The notes beneath the pieces are model-generated. The model had not been told where the DNA came from. It ran no database searches and was given only the letters and a program-made list of their open reading frames with translations. A stretch of DNA of 63,242 nucleotides, filler included, from an uncultured bacterium (GTDB lineage: Bacteria; CAYJRR01), in assembly GCA_964372275.1 (NCBI GenBank). It is 2 parts of 2 records of this genome, joined end to end, with 100 filler letters (N's around TTAATTAATTAA, not from the genome) between each part and the next. Parts side by side here need not be neighbours in the genome. Positions count along the whole stretch, not along the records: positions 31,999 to 63,242 come from CAYJRR010000050.1; 1 more part is not named here. One strand, written 5' to 3'. Shown here in pieces: positions 39,244 to 51,877 of the stretch; position 1 is the stretch's first letter, and each line of letters opens with the position of its first letter. Both the position numbers and the translations under genes were made by a program.

Positions 39244-39870
39244 ATGAACCGGATTCCGCAGGGGGTCGTCTTGGCCGTTGCAATCAGCTTCGCCGCCGCG
39301 TGCGGGCAGGACTACCTGCCGACGGCCGCCGACGCCGCCGTTCCGCTTCCCGAGGCGCCGGAGCACCTGTTCGACGCCGGCACCGACGAGGTCGCCTACA
39401 AGTTCGCGAGCTACGATTTCCTTCGTTCGGCGGTAACCGACGTGTTGGGGGTCGCCCCCGCCATGCCCGCCAATCCGGGCTCGCCCCTCGCCGATCCGGT
39501 GGGCTACCTGGACGCGAACCGCACAGCGCTGGGCGCGCCGTTCTACGACGCGGAGACCGATCTGACCAACGTCGGCGGGGCGCCGGTCGCCGGAGGCCTC
39601 AAGGCGTGGTTCCTCGCCTCGTCGTCGGCGTGCGGGAAGGCGATGGAGACCGATATGACGCGGCTGTTTCCCGACGGGACGAACGACTACCGACACGTCT
39701 ACGGGCTCCTGCTCGGACGGGAGCCGTCTCCCGAGGAGGCGCAGCGCCTCGACGAGCTCCAGTCCGTGACCGCGGCGAACGGGATGGATGTCTTCGCGAC
39801 CCCGGCCCGCAAGGCGGCGATCGCCTGCTTCGCGATCCTCGGATCGCTCGAGTTCCTGGCCGAGATCTAG
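39244..39870 (+). CDS. Hypothetical lipoprotein, partner of the DUF1501 protein
   Basis: GGGGAGG RBS, FAAA-C lipobox, LLGREP...GSLEFL C-terminus. Confidence 0.7.
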   Translation: MNRIPQGVVLAVAISFAAACGQDYLPTAADAAVPLPEAPEHLFDAGTDEVAYKFASYDFLRSAVTDVLGVAPAMPANPGSPLADPVGYLDANRTALGAPFYDAETDLTNVGGAPVAGGLKAWFLASSSACGKAMETDMTRLFPDGTNDYRHVYGLLLGREPSPEEAQRLDELQSVTAANGMDVFATPARKAAIACFAILGSLEFLAEI

Positions 39871-39897
39871 CCGAACGTACACGAGGGGGGAAATGCC

Positions 39898-41448
39898 ATG
39901 GTTCGCACGCAGAACGAGCTGTCGAGAAGGACCTTCCTGCGCCGGGTGAGCGCGCTCCTGTCCACCGCCGGCGTCACCGCGGCCGCCCACTCGAGCCTGA
40001 TGGATCGCATCGCACGCAAGGCCGCCCGCAAGTGGGGGAGCGACGCGCTCGCCGCCGACGGCATCGGCAGCGTCCACTTCTGCGTCGAAATCCTGATCCG
40101 CGCCGGCTTCCAGACCAACTGCCTCTTCCCCTCCGAAGGGCACTTGACCCCGTTCGGCTCCGCCTTGCGCAGCAGGGCGCTGAACCAGTACTCGAGCCCC
40201 GACAAGATCATCACGGTGCCGATCGCCGGGAGCCCGCGACCGCTCTACATCGCCCCCTACACCCGCACCCCCGGCACCGTCGAAGGGGCGCAGAAGCTGG
40301 CCGAATACGCCCCGCGGATCGCGATGACCGAGTCGGTGAAGCTCACCAACGGCCACACCGACGACTGGCGGGCGCGCTCGCCGAACAACCTGGCGATGTG
40401 CCCCACGGCGCTGCACGCGATGCACGCCCCGGGGTCGGCGGTGAAGGCGGTGGAGTTCAACCGGTTCGGCAACGGGATGACGATCAATCGCACCGGCGAG
40501 GAGGCGAACTTCTTCTCCAAGGTCGCGAACCGGAGCGAGTTCCTCGGACTCTACGAGGACCTCCCCAACTACTTCACCAAGGAGGAGCTCAAGCTCGCGA
40601 TCGGCGAGATCGAGGACGGACTCGTCGTCGACGGCCGCGTCGGGGCGATCGGGGATCTCGACCGCCTGTTCCAGGCGAGCCAGATCAAGGGCTACGACGA
40701 CGCCGTCGCGCTCTCGCTCTCGGCGCGGGCGCAGGCGCAGCTCTCGATGAAACCCCGGGTGGCGATCGAAGGGATCGACGCGGCGGGACTGAGCCTCGAT
40801 CCGGCCTACGACGCGCAGCTGATCGCCGACTTCGGCGGGGCCGCCGAGATCAGTCGGTCGGTCGACGGCAACGTCCCGATCGGCCAGACGCTGGCCGGGA
40901 TCGCCAAGGGCTTCCGGGCGAAGGCGCTCACAACTGCGACGATCACCCTAAACGCCGGAGACTGGCACTCCTTCGACAAGCCCTCGACGATCGACATGGC
41001 CAGCAGCCAGCAGGGGGAGTGGAACATCTGGCTGGGGAACGCGCTCTACGGGTTCCTGAAGACCCTCGACCGCACCCCCGACCCCCACGATCCGACGAAG
41101 AAGATGAGCGACAGCTTCTTCCTCTCCATCTCCTCCGAATTCACGCGCACCGCGATCCGGACCGACGACACCGACGATGGAGTGAACACCAACAACAACG
41201 ACGGCGGCTCGCAGGCGTTCATCTTCATCGGATCGAACGTCCGGGGCGGAAGCTACGGGAACGTCACCGGTCAGGGGGGCCTGGTCGGCTTCGATCCGGT
41301 GACCGGGCTGACCGGCGGGATGGCGCCGACCGAGTCCCAGGTCTGGAAGTCGGCGGGGGACCTGATCGGAATCCCGCGGCCGATCCTCGACGGCCAGATC
41401 TCCGGCGGCGCGCCGATCCCAGTGCTCAACCGGCGCAACGCGGTCTGA
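39898..41448 (+). CDS. Tat-exported DUF1501-like protein
   Basis: SRRTFL twin-arginine signal; GDWHS, SSEFTRT, GSNVRGGSYG. Confidence 0.7.
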   Translation: MVRTQNELSRRTFLRRVSALLSTAGVTAAAHSSLMDRIARKAARKWGSDALAADGIGSVHFCVEILIRAGFQTNCLFPSEGHLTPFGSALRSRALNQYSSPDKIITVPIAGSPRPLYIAPYTRTPGTVEGAQKLAEYAPRIAMTESVKLTNGHTDDWRARSPNNLAMCPTALHAMHAPGSAVKAVEFNRFGNGMTINRTGEEANFFSKVANRSEFLGLYEDLPNYFTKEELKLAIGEIEDGLVVDGRVGAIGDLDRLFQASQIKGYDDAVALSLSARAQAQLSMKPRVAIEGIDAAGLSLDPAYDAQLIADFGGAAEISRSVDGNVPIGQTLAGIAKGFRAKALTTATITLNAGDWHSFDKPSTIDMASSQQGEWNIWLGNALYGFLKTLDRTPDPHDPTKKMSDSFFLSISSEFTRTAIRTDDTDDGVNTNNNDGGSQAFIFIGSNVRGGSYGNVTGQGGLVGFDPVTGLTGGMAPTESQVWKSAGDLIGIPRPILDGQISGGAPIPVLNRRNAV

Positions 41449-41485
41449 CCCTCACGCCACGGCCGCCGGTGATAGGCTGGCGGCC

Positions 41486-42124
41486 GTGGCGGACGCGATC
41501 CGGATCGCCGGGATCGTCCTCGCCGCGGGCAAGGGCTCGCGGATGGGAGGCCCCAAGGCGCTGATTCGGATCGGCGGGACGACGCTCCTCGAAGGGGCAC
41601 TCGAGGGGATGGCCGCCGCGAGGTTGGAGGACGTGGCGGTGGTCCTCGATCCGCGCGCCGAGATCTTCGGCGAGGCGAGCCGGATCGCCGCCGCCACCGG
41701 CGCGCGCGTCGTCGAGAACCCGGCTCCGGAGCACGGCATGCTCTCCTCCGTCCGCTGCGCCCTCGACGCGCTCGGCGAGCCGGCGGCCGGCCGTCCGGCC
41801 TCCGAATCGGACCGCGTCACCGCCGCCACCCACGTGGCGCTTCTTCCGGTCGACCATCCCCCGATTCGTGCCGAGACCTTTGCGCGACTCGCCGCGCAAG
41901 CGGCGAACCGGCCGGAGGCGATCGTCGTCCCGCGCTTCGGCGGACGGCGTGGCCACCCGGCGCTGTTTCCCCGGTCGCTCTTCCCCGCACTCGTGTCCGC
42001 CCCGAACGAGATCGGCGCCCGCGCCGTCCTCCGCGCTCACCCGGACCGTGTCCTCGAAATCGACGTCGACGACCCGGCGGTGGTGCGGGACCTCAACACC
42101 CCCGACGACCTCCTCCGCGCGTAG
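41486..42124 (+). CDS. mocA: Molybdenum cofactor cytidylyltransferase (MocA-like nucleotidyltransferase)
   Basis: GIVLAAGKGSRMG, VDHP, GHPALF, DLNTPDD; XDH context. Confidence 0.85.
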   Translation: MADAIRIAGIVLAAGKGSRMGGPKALIRIGGTTLLEGALEGMAAARLEDVAVVLDPRAEIFGEASRIAAATGARVVENPAPEHGMLSSVRCALDALGEPAAGRPASESDRVTAATHVALLPVDHPPIRAETFARLAAQAANRPEAIVVPRFGGRRGHPALFPRSLFPALVSAPNEIGARAVLRAHPDRVLEIDVDDPAVVRDLNTPDDLLRA

Positions 42125-42193
42125 GCCTCGACAGGCCGGCCGGCCTCGGCCATCCTCCCGACGAACCGACCCCGATCCCGGGGCGACGCGTGC

Positions 42194-43048
42194 GTGCCGG
42201 TGAACGACGCCGACGAAATCTTCGCCCCCCTGGCGGCGGAACGCGCCGCCGGGCGGGGGTGCGTGCTGGCGACGGTGGTGGCGACCGCCGGCTCGGCCCC
42301 GCGCGAGCCGGGGGCGAAGATGCTCGTCCGCGAGGACGGATCGATCGACGGCACCGTCGGCGGCGGCCCCCTCGAAGCGGAGGCGATCGCCGTCGCGCGC
42401 GAGCTCCTCGCCCGCGGCGACGCCTCCCAAAAGCGGGAGTTCGAGCTCGCCCACCGCGGACCCGCCTCGCTCAAGATGCGCTGCGGCGGGCGGGTGGAGA
42501 TCTTCTTCGACGTGCAGCGCCCGCCGCCGGCGATCGTGGTGATCGGCGGCGGACACGTCGGGCGCGCCACGGCGGCGGTCGCCGTCGCCGCCGGGATCCC
42601 CACCGTCGTCGCCGACGACCGCCCCGAGTTCGCCGATCCGGGCCGGTTTCCCGGGGCGCGCGTCCTGCACGCCGACCTGCGCTCCTCCCGGCCGCTCGAC
42701 GGCGTCCCGGTCCGCCCCGGGGATGCGCTGGTGATCGTCACCCGCTGCCACGACGTCGACGAGGGGGTCCTGCGCGCCGCGCTCGGCTCCGAGGCCGACT
42801 ACGTGGGGATGATCGGCAGCAGACGAAAGGTGTCGGAGATCTTCGGCCGGCTCGCCGCCGACGGGATCGACCCCGCCGCCGACCCGCGCGTCCACGCGCC
42901 GATCGGACTGGCACTCGGAAGCGACGCTCCCGGCGAGATCGCCGTCTCGATCGTGGCCGAGATTCTCCGGCTCCGGTCCGGCCGCGATGCCTCGCACCTC
43001 CGGGATTCGCTGCCCCTCCGCCGTCCGCGCGCGCGACGAAACGCCTGA
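42194..43048 (+). CDS. xdhC: XdhC/CoxI family molybdoenzyme maturation factor
   Basis: GSAPREPGAKM, GTVGGG, CGG, YVGMIGSRRK, HAPIGL. Confidence 0.92.
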   Translation: MPVNDADEIFAPLAAERAAGRGCVLATVVATAGSAPREPGAKMLVREDGSIDGTVGGGPLEAEAIAVARELLARGDASQKREFELAHRGPASLKMRCGGRVEIFFDVQRPPPAIVVIGGGHVGRATAAVAVAAGIPTVVADDRPEFADPGRFPGARVLHADLRSSRPLDGVPVRPGDALVIVTRCHDVDEGVLRAALGSEADYVGMIGSRRKVSEIFGRLAADGIDPAADPRVHAPIGLALGSDAPGEIAVSIVAEILRLRSGRDASHLRDSLPLRRPRARRNA

Positions 43049-43107
43049 GCCGGTCCGCGGCGGCCCAGGCATTGCGTCGGCGCGCCTTCGTGCCGACACT
43101 TTTGGCC

Positions 43108-43476
43108 ATGCCCTCCCCCGAGCTCGCCGACCTGACGACGTTGCGCTGCGTCCCCTGCGAAGGGGGCGTTCCCCCGCTCGATGCCGGCCGGGTCGACGCG
43201 TTGCTGCCGCAGGTGCCCGGCTGGACGGCCGCCACCGCTTCCGGGGGCGAACGGCGCCTGCGCAAGCGCTTCACGTTCCGCGATTTCGCCGCGGCGATGG
43301 CATTCCTGAACCGGGTCGCCGCGCTCGCCGAGTCCGAAGGGCACCACCCCGACTTTCACGTGAGCTGGAACAAGGTCGACTTCGAGATCTGGACCCACGC
43401 CATCGGCGGACTCTCGGAGAACGACTTCATCCTCGCCGCGAAGATCGAGCGGCTGGTCGCGCCCGTGACCCCTTGA
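43108..43476 (+). CDS. phhB: Pterin-4a-carbinolamine dehydratase
   Basis: CVPCEGG, AESEGHHPD, WTHAIGGLSENDFILAAK. Confidence 0.92.
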   Translation: MPSPELADLTTLRCVPCEGGVPPLDAGRVDALLPQVPGWTAATASGGERRLRKRFTFRDFAAAMAFLNRVAALAESEGHHPDFHVSWNKVDFEIWTHAIGGLSENDFILAAKIERLVAPVTP

Positions 43477-43509
43477 CCAAAGTCCCTGAATCGGGGCAGG
43501 GTCGCCTTC

Positions 43510-44691
<1,182 letters not shown>

Positions 44692-44880
44692 CCGGACCGA
44701 CCCGACCGGTCCGGCGATGGACGCCTTTTTGCGCCGCGCGAATTGCCTGGGGCCTGCGGGGCCTGTGCTATAGATAGAAGCGAGAAGGCGGCCGGTGCGC
44801 GCGCATTCGGCGGCGGGAGGGGAGCTTCGTGACAAAGCCCGCCCGCCGAGCGTCCGGCGGCCAAAACCCGAGGATTCTGA

Positions 44881-47370
<2,490 letters not shown>

Positions 47371-47619
47371 TCGCATCGGGGGCTCGGCGCCCCCGCCCCG
47401 CCTGTCCGCGGGTCCCCTCCCCCGCTCGCCGTCACGAGACGTTCTTCGGGCCTAGGCCCGAGTGGGATCTGGGCGGGCCATTGGGACACCGAGGGGACGC
47501 GCGGGCGGTTCCCCGACCTTCCACGTCGCAGATCCCGAAACGCTGTTCCGACGGTGACTTCGGCGGCGCGAGCGCCGTGGCATGCGCGCTGCTCCCTCGT
47601 CTGGCCGAGGGAGGTTCCG

Positions 47620-48777
47620 ATGGCCAAGGGGAGAGCCGTTCTCGCGCTGTCGACGCTGCTGTTCGCCGCCACCGCGCAGGCGCAGACCGAGCAGTCGTGC
47701 ACCCAGTCGCCCGATCCGCTCGGCGCGCTCGTCGACGCCTTTCCGTCGCAAGGGGCGACGTCGACCTGCGGGGGCGCGCCGTTCGTGCGCCGCGATGCGC
47801 CGCTGGCGGCGCCGGTGGAGGGGCTCTCCGAGCTGCCGGGGATTCCGCTCCCGAGCCGCGGCCCCGATGCCGACGGCTACTTCCATCCCGATCCCGGCTA
47901 CGTCGAAGGAGGCACCTTCGCCACGCCGCTCGACCGCGCCGAATGGCGGGTCGACCCGTCGAAGGTGGCGCCGCGCGCCGCCCCCGGCTTCGTGCGGATG
48001 GTCGAATGGAACGTCGCACGCGGCGCGAAGCTCGACGGAGCGGTCAAGCAGCTCAAGAAGATCAACGCCGACGTGATCGTGCTCAACGAGACCGACCTCT
48101 ACGGCGGGAGCAGCGGCGGGAAAGTGGTCGCGCGGGAGATCGCGGCGGCGCTGGGTTACAGCTACGTCACCGCCGTCGAGTTCAACGAGCGCCGCGACGA
48201 CCGGCGCGGCTCGAGCGGAAACGCCGTCCTGTCGCGCTGGCCGCTCACCGATCCGAGGTTCTTCTCCATCCCGATGTTCACCGAGAACGGCGGCTACGAC
48301 TGGGCGCACAGCCGTACCGAGCCGCGGTGCGGGCAGCGCAGCGCGATCGCCACCCGGATCGACGTCCCCGACGCGCTCGGCGGCACGCGGACCTTGAACG
48401 TCGTTTCGCTCCACACCGAGAACAAGACCACGCCGCGCGTGCGGCGGAGGCAGTTCGACGCCGTCCGCGAGGCCCTCACCCGGCCCGGCGAGCCGACGGT
48501 GATGGCCGGGGACCTGAACACCTTTCTCGCCACCGAGCGGCTCGCCTTCCGCGACCACCTGCGGCGGAACGCGGGACTCGTCGACTGCGCCAACGGCGAC
48601 CTGACGCCGACCTTCTCCGCCGGCCCGGTTCCGGTCCCGATCCGGCTCGACTGGGTGATCGTCCAGGCCGGCTCCGAGAACTCGCTCGCCTGCCTTCCCG
48701 GCAGCTACCGCGTCCTCGACCACGGCGGCGCCAGCGACCACATGCCGGTCCGGGTCGAGCTGCGCGTCCGGAACTAG
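47620..48777 (+). CDS. Secreted endonuclease/exonuclease/phosphatase (EEP) family protein
   Basis: Signal peptide; WNV, LNE, GNAVLSR, AGDLN, RLDW, ASDH. Confidence 0.88.
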   Translation: MAKGRAVLALSTLLFAATAQAQTEQSCTQSPDPLGALVDAFPSQGATSTCGGAPFVRRDAPLAAPVEGLSELPGIPLPSRGPDADGYFHPDPGYVEGGTFATPLDRAEWRVDPSKVAPRAAPGFVRMVEWNVARGAKLDGAVKQLKKINADVIVLNETDLYGGSSGGKVVAREIAAALGYSYVTAVEFNERRDDRRGSSGNAVLSRWPLTDPRFFSIPMFTENGGYDWAHSRTEPRCGQRSAIATRIDVPDALGGTRTLNVVSLHTENKTTPRVRRRQFDAVREALTRPGEPTVMAGDLNTFLATERLAFRDHLRRNAGLVDCANGDLTPTFSAGPVPVPIRLDWVIVQAGSENSLACLPGSYRVLDHGGASDHMPVRVELRVRN

Positions 48778-48816
48778 CGACGGCTCGCGATTCGGGACCC
48801 GACGCTCCGCAAAAGA

Positions 48817-48855
48817 CGCCGCGGGTGCGCGTGAAAGCCACGCGCACCCGCGGCG
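48817..48855 (-). terminator. Perfect 17-bp hairpin between convergent genes (intrinsic terminator)
   Basis: CGCCGCGGGTGCGCGTG-AAAGC-CACGCGCACCCGCGGCG, followed by TCTTTT on the minus strand. Confidence 0.75.
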
Positions 48856-48871
48856 AGCGGACGTGCCCGCT

Positions 48872-49729
48872 TTACGTACCGTCGTAGGTGACGGTCCAGT
48901 CGTCGCACGCGTTCCAGGTGACGGTGATCGAGCCGTCGCCCGAGACGGCGAGAAGCGTTCCCGAGACGATCGCCGATTCGCACGAGGGATCGATCACCAG
49001 CGGATCGGGGGTCGAGACTTCCGTCGAGACCGTCTCGCCGTCGAACGTCTCGCTCCACGTCCCCTCGATCGTGTAGGTGCCGGCGACCAGCTCGTCGACG
49101 AACGGCTCGTCGGGGGTGTAGAGGTAGACCAGGTTCTCGGTCACGCCGCCGGCGACCTGTTCCCCGTCGCCGTTCGCGGCGTAGTCGATCACCAGATCGG
49201 TCTCGTATCGGAACGCCCCTTCCGGCCGGGTCGAGGAGATCGTCCCGTCGATCGACTGGCTTGCGGAGTAGCCCTCGCCGCTCACCGCGTAGTCGAGGTC
49301 GAACGCTTCGTCGAAGGCGTAGTCGGCGGCGTCGGGGGAGGTGTCCTCGAGGTCGACCGTCCCGGAGTAGGTCTCGCTCCACCCGTCGTCCGATTCGGCG
49401 CAGTCGAAGGTGTAGGTGGCGTCGAGCGGGATCTCGTCGCCGTCGGCGTCGGTCGTGTCCCCCGAGACCGTCCAGCACTCCTCGTACTCTTCGTCGTCCT
49501 CCCACTCCTCGTCGTCCTCGCCGGCGAAAGCGGGGCCGTCACCGCCTCCCCCCGCCGTCCCCATTCCGTAGAGCGCGTCGGTCGCCTTGTCGTGGAGCCT
49601 CGCCCCGACCGCCTGGCTGTTTTCGGCGTCGAGCCCGCCGGTGGGCGAGGAGAGGCTCGAGTCGTTGAGGCAACCGCCGACGAGTGCGGCGGAGAGAGGG
49701 ACCCACAGTGTCTTCTTCACCAGTTCCAT
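48872..49729 (-). CDS. Hypothetical highly acidic lipoprotein
   Basis: LVGG-C lipobox; Asp/Glu/Thr-rich beta-type sequence with four mature Cys. Confidence 0.75.
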   Translation of the reverse strand: MELVKKTLWVPLSAALVGGCLNDSSLSSPTGGLDAENSQAVGARLHDKATDALYGMGTAGGGGDGPAFAGEDDEEWEDDEEYEECWTVSGDTTDADGDEIPLDATYTFDCAESDDGWSETYSGTVDLEDTSPDAADYAFDEAFDLDYAVSGEGYSASQSIDGTISSTRPEGAFRYETDLVIDYAANGDGEQVAGGVTENLVYLYTPDEPFVDELVAGTYTIEGTWSETFDGETVSTEVSTPDPLVIDPSCESAIVSGTLLAVSGDGSITVTWNACDDWTVTYDGT

Positions 49730-50049
49730 CGTTCGACCCTCCGAGTGAATGCTCGGTTCGTTGCCCGTGCCCTGGGTAGACGCGCGACCCTCCCTCGCGC
49801 CGGCCGCTGATCGTGCAAGTCATCGGCCACGCGGTTCACGGCGGGATCCACCCGCAATCCGGCCATCGAGATCATGAACCGGCGTTTTCGCGTTGGCGCC
49901 GTTCGTTCCAATTGGACGAATTGCGACTACGCGACACGCTGTCGCGTGCGAGCCAATCGGTCGCGAACCGGTTCGATCCGCGCCGGCCTCGCCACGCACG
50001 GACGGAGGCGCATCCGATCGCGTGCGCACGGCCGCGCTCCGGAGGTCGC

Positions 50050-50550
50050 ATGCCCCTCGTCCTGAAGTCGTCGGCGTTCTCGAACGGCGGGGAGATCCCG
50101 TCCAGGTTCACCTGCGAAGGATCGGACGTCTCGCCGCCGCTCGCCTGGACCGGCGTCCCCGCGGGCGCGAAGAGCCTCGCCCTGATCGTCGACGACCCCG
50201 ACGCCCCCGATCCGAAGGCGCCGCAGCGAACGTTCGTGCATTGGGTGCTCTACAACATCCCCTCCGGCGCGAAAACGCTCCCCGAGGACGCCCGCGACGA
50301 GAACAGCGGCCTGCCGCACGGCACGCGGCGCGGGACGAACGACTGGCGAAAGATGGGCTACGGCGGTCCCTGCCCCCCGATCGGCCGCCACCGCTACTTC
50401 TTCAAGCTCTACGCCCTCGACACCGTCTTCGTGGCACTGGTCGCCGCGACCAAGGCCGAGCTCGAGCAGGCGATGGAAGGCCACGTTCTCGAGTTCGCGG
50501 AGCTGGTGGGAACCTACGAGAAGCACCCCGGCGCCGAAGCGCGGCCATAG
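50050..50550 (+). CDS. YbhB/YbcL (PEBP) family protein
   Basis: GGAGG RBS; SPPLAW, DDPDAP, HWV, GPCPPIGRHRYFF. Confidence 0.93.
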   Translation: MPLVLKSSAFSNGGEIPSRFTCEGSDVSPPLAWTGVPAGAKSLALIVDDPDAPDPKAPQRTFVHWVLYNIPSGAKTLPEDARDENSGLPHGTRRGTNDWRKMGYGGPCPPIGRHRYFFKLYALDTVFVALVAATKAELEQAMEGHVLEFAELVGTYEKHPGAEARP

Positions 50551-50582
50551 CGATCGCGGAATCCGATCGGTTCCGAGCCCCG

Positions 50583-51053
50583 TCACGGCGGGACGAGCTT
50601 CACCTCGACCCGCCGATTCGCGGCGCGTCCCGCGGAATTCCGGTTCTCCTCCGCCGGCCGCGCCTCCCCGTAGGCCTTCCGCACCAACCGGCGCGGATCG
50701 ATCCCCGCCCCGACCAACCACGTCGCCACCGCGTCGGCTCGCCGCTTGGCGAGCGCGGCGTTCACCGCCTCGTCGCCGACGTCGTCGGTGTGTCCGTCGA
50801 CCTGGATCGGCTCCGGCCGCGCCTTGGCCGCCTCCACGAACGCCCGCAGATCCGCCTCCGCATCGCCCGGCACCCGATCGGTGCCCGACGCGAAGCGGAC
50901 GATCACCTTCGGCGGCGGCGCCCCCGCGTCCGCCGCCTCCGCCGGCGCCGGCGTCGGGGTCTCCTCCTCGGAGAGGAAGACCGGCTCCCGCCCGAACGCC
51001 ACGCCCACCACGCAGAAAACGACCATCGCCACGATCCACCCGACGCGTCCCAT
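50583..51053 (-). CDS. OmpA-family peptidoglycan-binding protein
   Basis: Signal peptide; VDGHTD, LAKRRADAV, YGE, NRRVE. Confidence 0.88.
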   Translation of the reverse strand: MGRVGWIVAMVVFCVVGVAFGREPVFLSEEETPTPAPAEAADAGAPPPKVIVRFASGTDRVPGDAEADLRAFVEAAKARPEPIQVDGHTDDVGDEAVNAALAKRRADAVATWLVGAGIDPRRLVRKAYGEARPAEENRNSAGRAANRRVEVKLVPP

Positions 51054-51110
51054 GCGTCCCGATTCTACCCGGCCCCGCGCACGCCCCCCCTCCCAACGGC
51101 GCGAGTTTCC

Positions 51111-51138
51111 TTGACTGCAACCGGTGCTCGGCTATCCT
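51111..51138 (+). promoter_or_regulatory. Sigma70-type promoter of the tRNA operon
   Basis: TTGACT-16 bp-TATCCT followed by a GC-rich discriminator just upstream of tRNA-Val. Confidence 0.6.
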
Positions 51139-51152
51139 TCGCGGCGCTCTTC

Positions 51153-51228
51153 GGGCGGCTAGCTCAGCGGTTAGAGCACCTGCCTTACACGCAGGGGGTC
51201 CCAGGTTCAAATCCTGGGCTGCCCACCA
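51153..51228 (+). tRNA. tRNA-Val(TAC)
   Basis: Cloverleaf; anticodon arm CCTGC-CTTACAC-GCAGG; GGTTCAAATCC T-arm; CCA end. Confidence 0.97.
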
Positions 51229-51257
51229 TCCGCTCGAAGCGCGCGGCGCCGCAGCAC

Positions 51258-51334
51258 GGGGTGGTAGTTAAGTTGGTTATAACGCCGGCCTGTCACGCCG
51301 GAGGGCGCGGGTTCGAGTCCCGTCCACCCCGCCA
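51258..51334 (+). tRNA. tRNA-Asp(GTC)
   Basis: Cloverleaf; CCGGC-CTGTCAC-GCCGG; GGTTCGAGTCC; CCA end. Confidence 0.97.
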
Positions 51335-51745
51335 CGAAGCAAACGCCTCAAGTCCTCGCGACTTGGGGCGTTTTGCTTTTCCAGCCACCTCGTCGGAGGC
51401 CACTGCACCAAGGACTGCACCAAGCGCTGGCCGGCCTCCCTCGGCGGTGTGCTCCGGGCCCGTCCACCTCTCCCGGCCCGCCACCTTCCGCAGGGGCACG
51501 ACCTCGCAGGAGAGCCGCTCGAGCTTGAGCTTCGCGACCTCCTCGCAGAGCGTCTGCCAGGGAAGCGTCGTGTAGACGTCCATGATGTCCGTGCTCTTCC
51601 CGTGGGTGATCCACTTGAGCACGTCGATCCGGCCCCTGTCCGCGCGTGCGAGCGTGATGAAGGTCCGCCGGAGTTCGTGCATCCGCCGCCGGCGGAACCC
51701 GAACCACCCGAGGTCCTTCTCGAACTTCCTCATTCTGTGGTTCAC
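51293..51745 (-). pseudogene. 5'-truncated tyrosine recombinase/integrase remnant reading into tRNA-Asp
   Basis: HELRRTF (HxLR), ITHG and DVY catalytic motifs; in-frame TGA at 51752-51754 upstream; C-terminus WRGGRDSNPRPPA is antisense tRNA. Confidence 0.8.
51336..51382 (+). terminator. Hairpin/terminator downstream of tRNA-Asp
   Basis: AAGCAAACGCCTCAAGTC-CTCGC-GACTTGGGGCGTTTTGCTTTT. Confidence 0.7.
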
Positions 51746-51877
51746 GGCCCATCACGAAGGTGTCGACGAGGATCTCCGACCGGGCCTCGAGCCCCGGCTC
51801 ACCCGAGATGTCTCGACGGTCTCGGTCGACGACCTCGACGTTGATGTGCACCCGGGGCGCGCGGTAGGGTCGGCGGC

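Noticed and set aside
51459-51468. CCCGTCCACC match to the tRNA-Asp 3' region as a second att site
   Set aside because: Only 10 GC-rich bases, inside the integrase remnant; likely chance.
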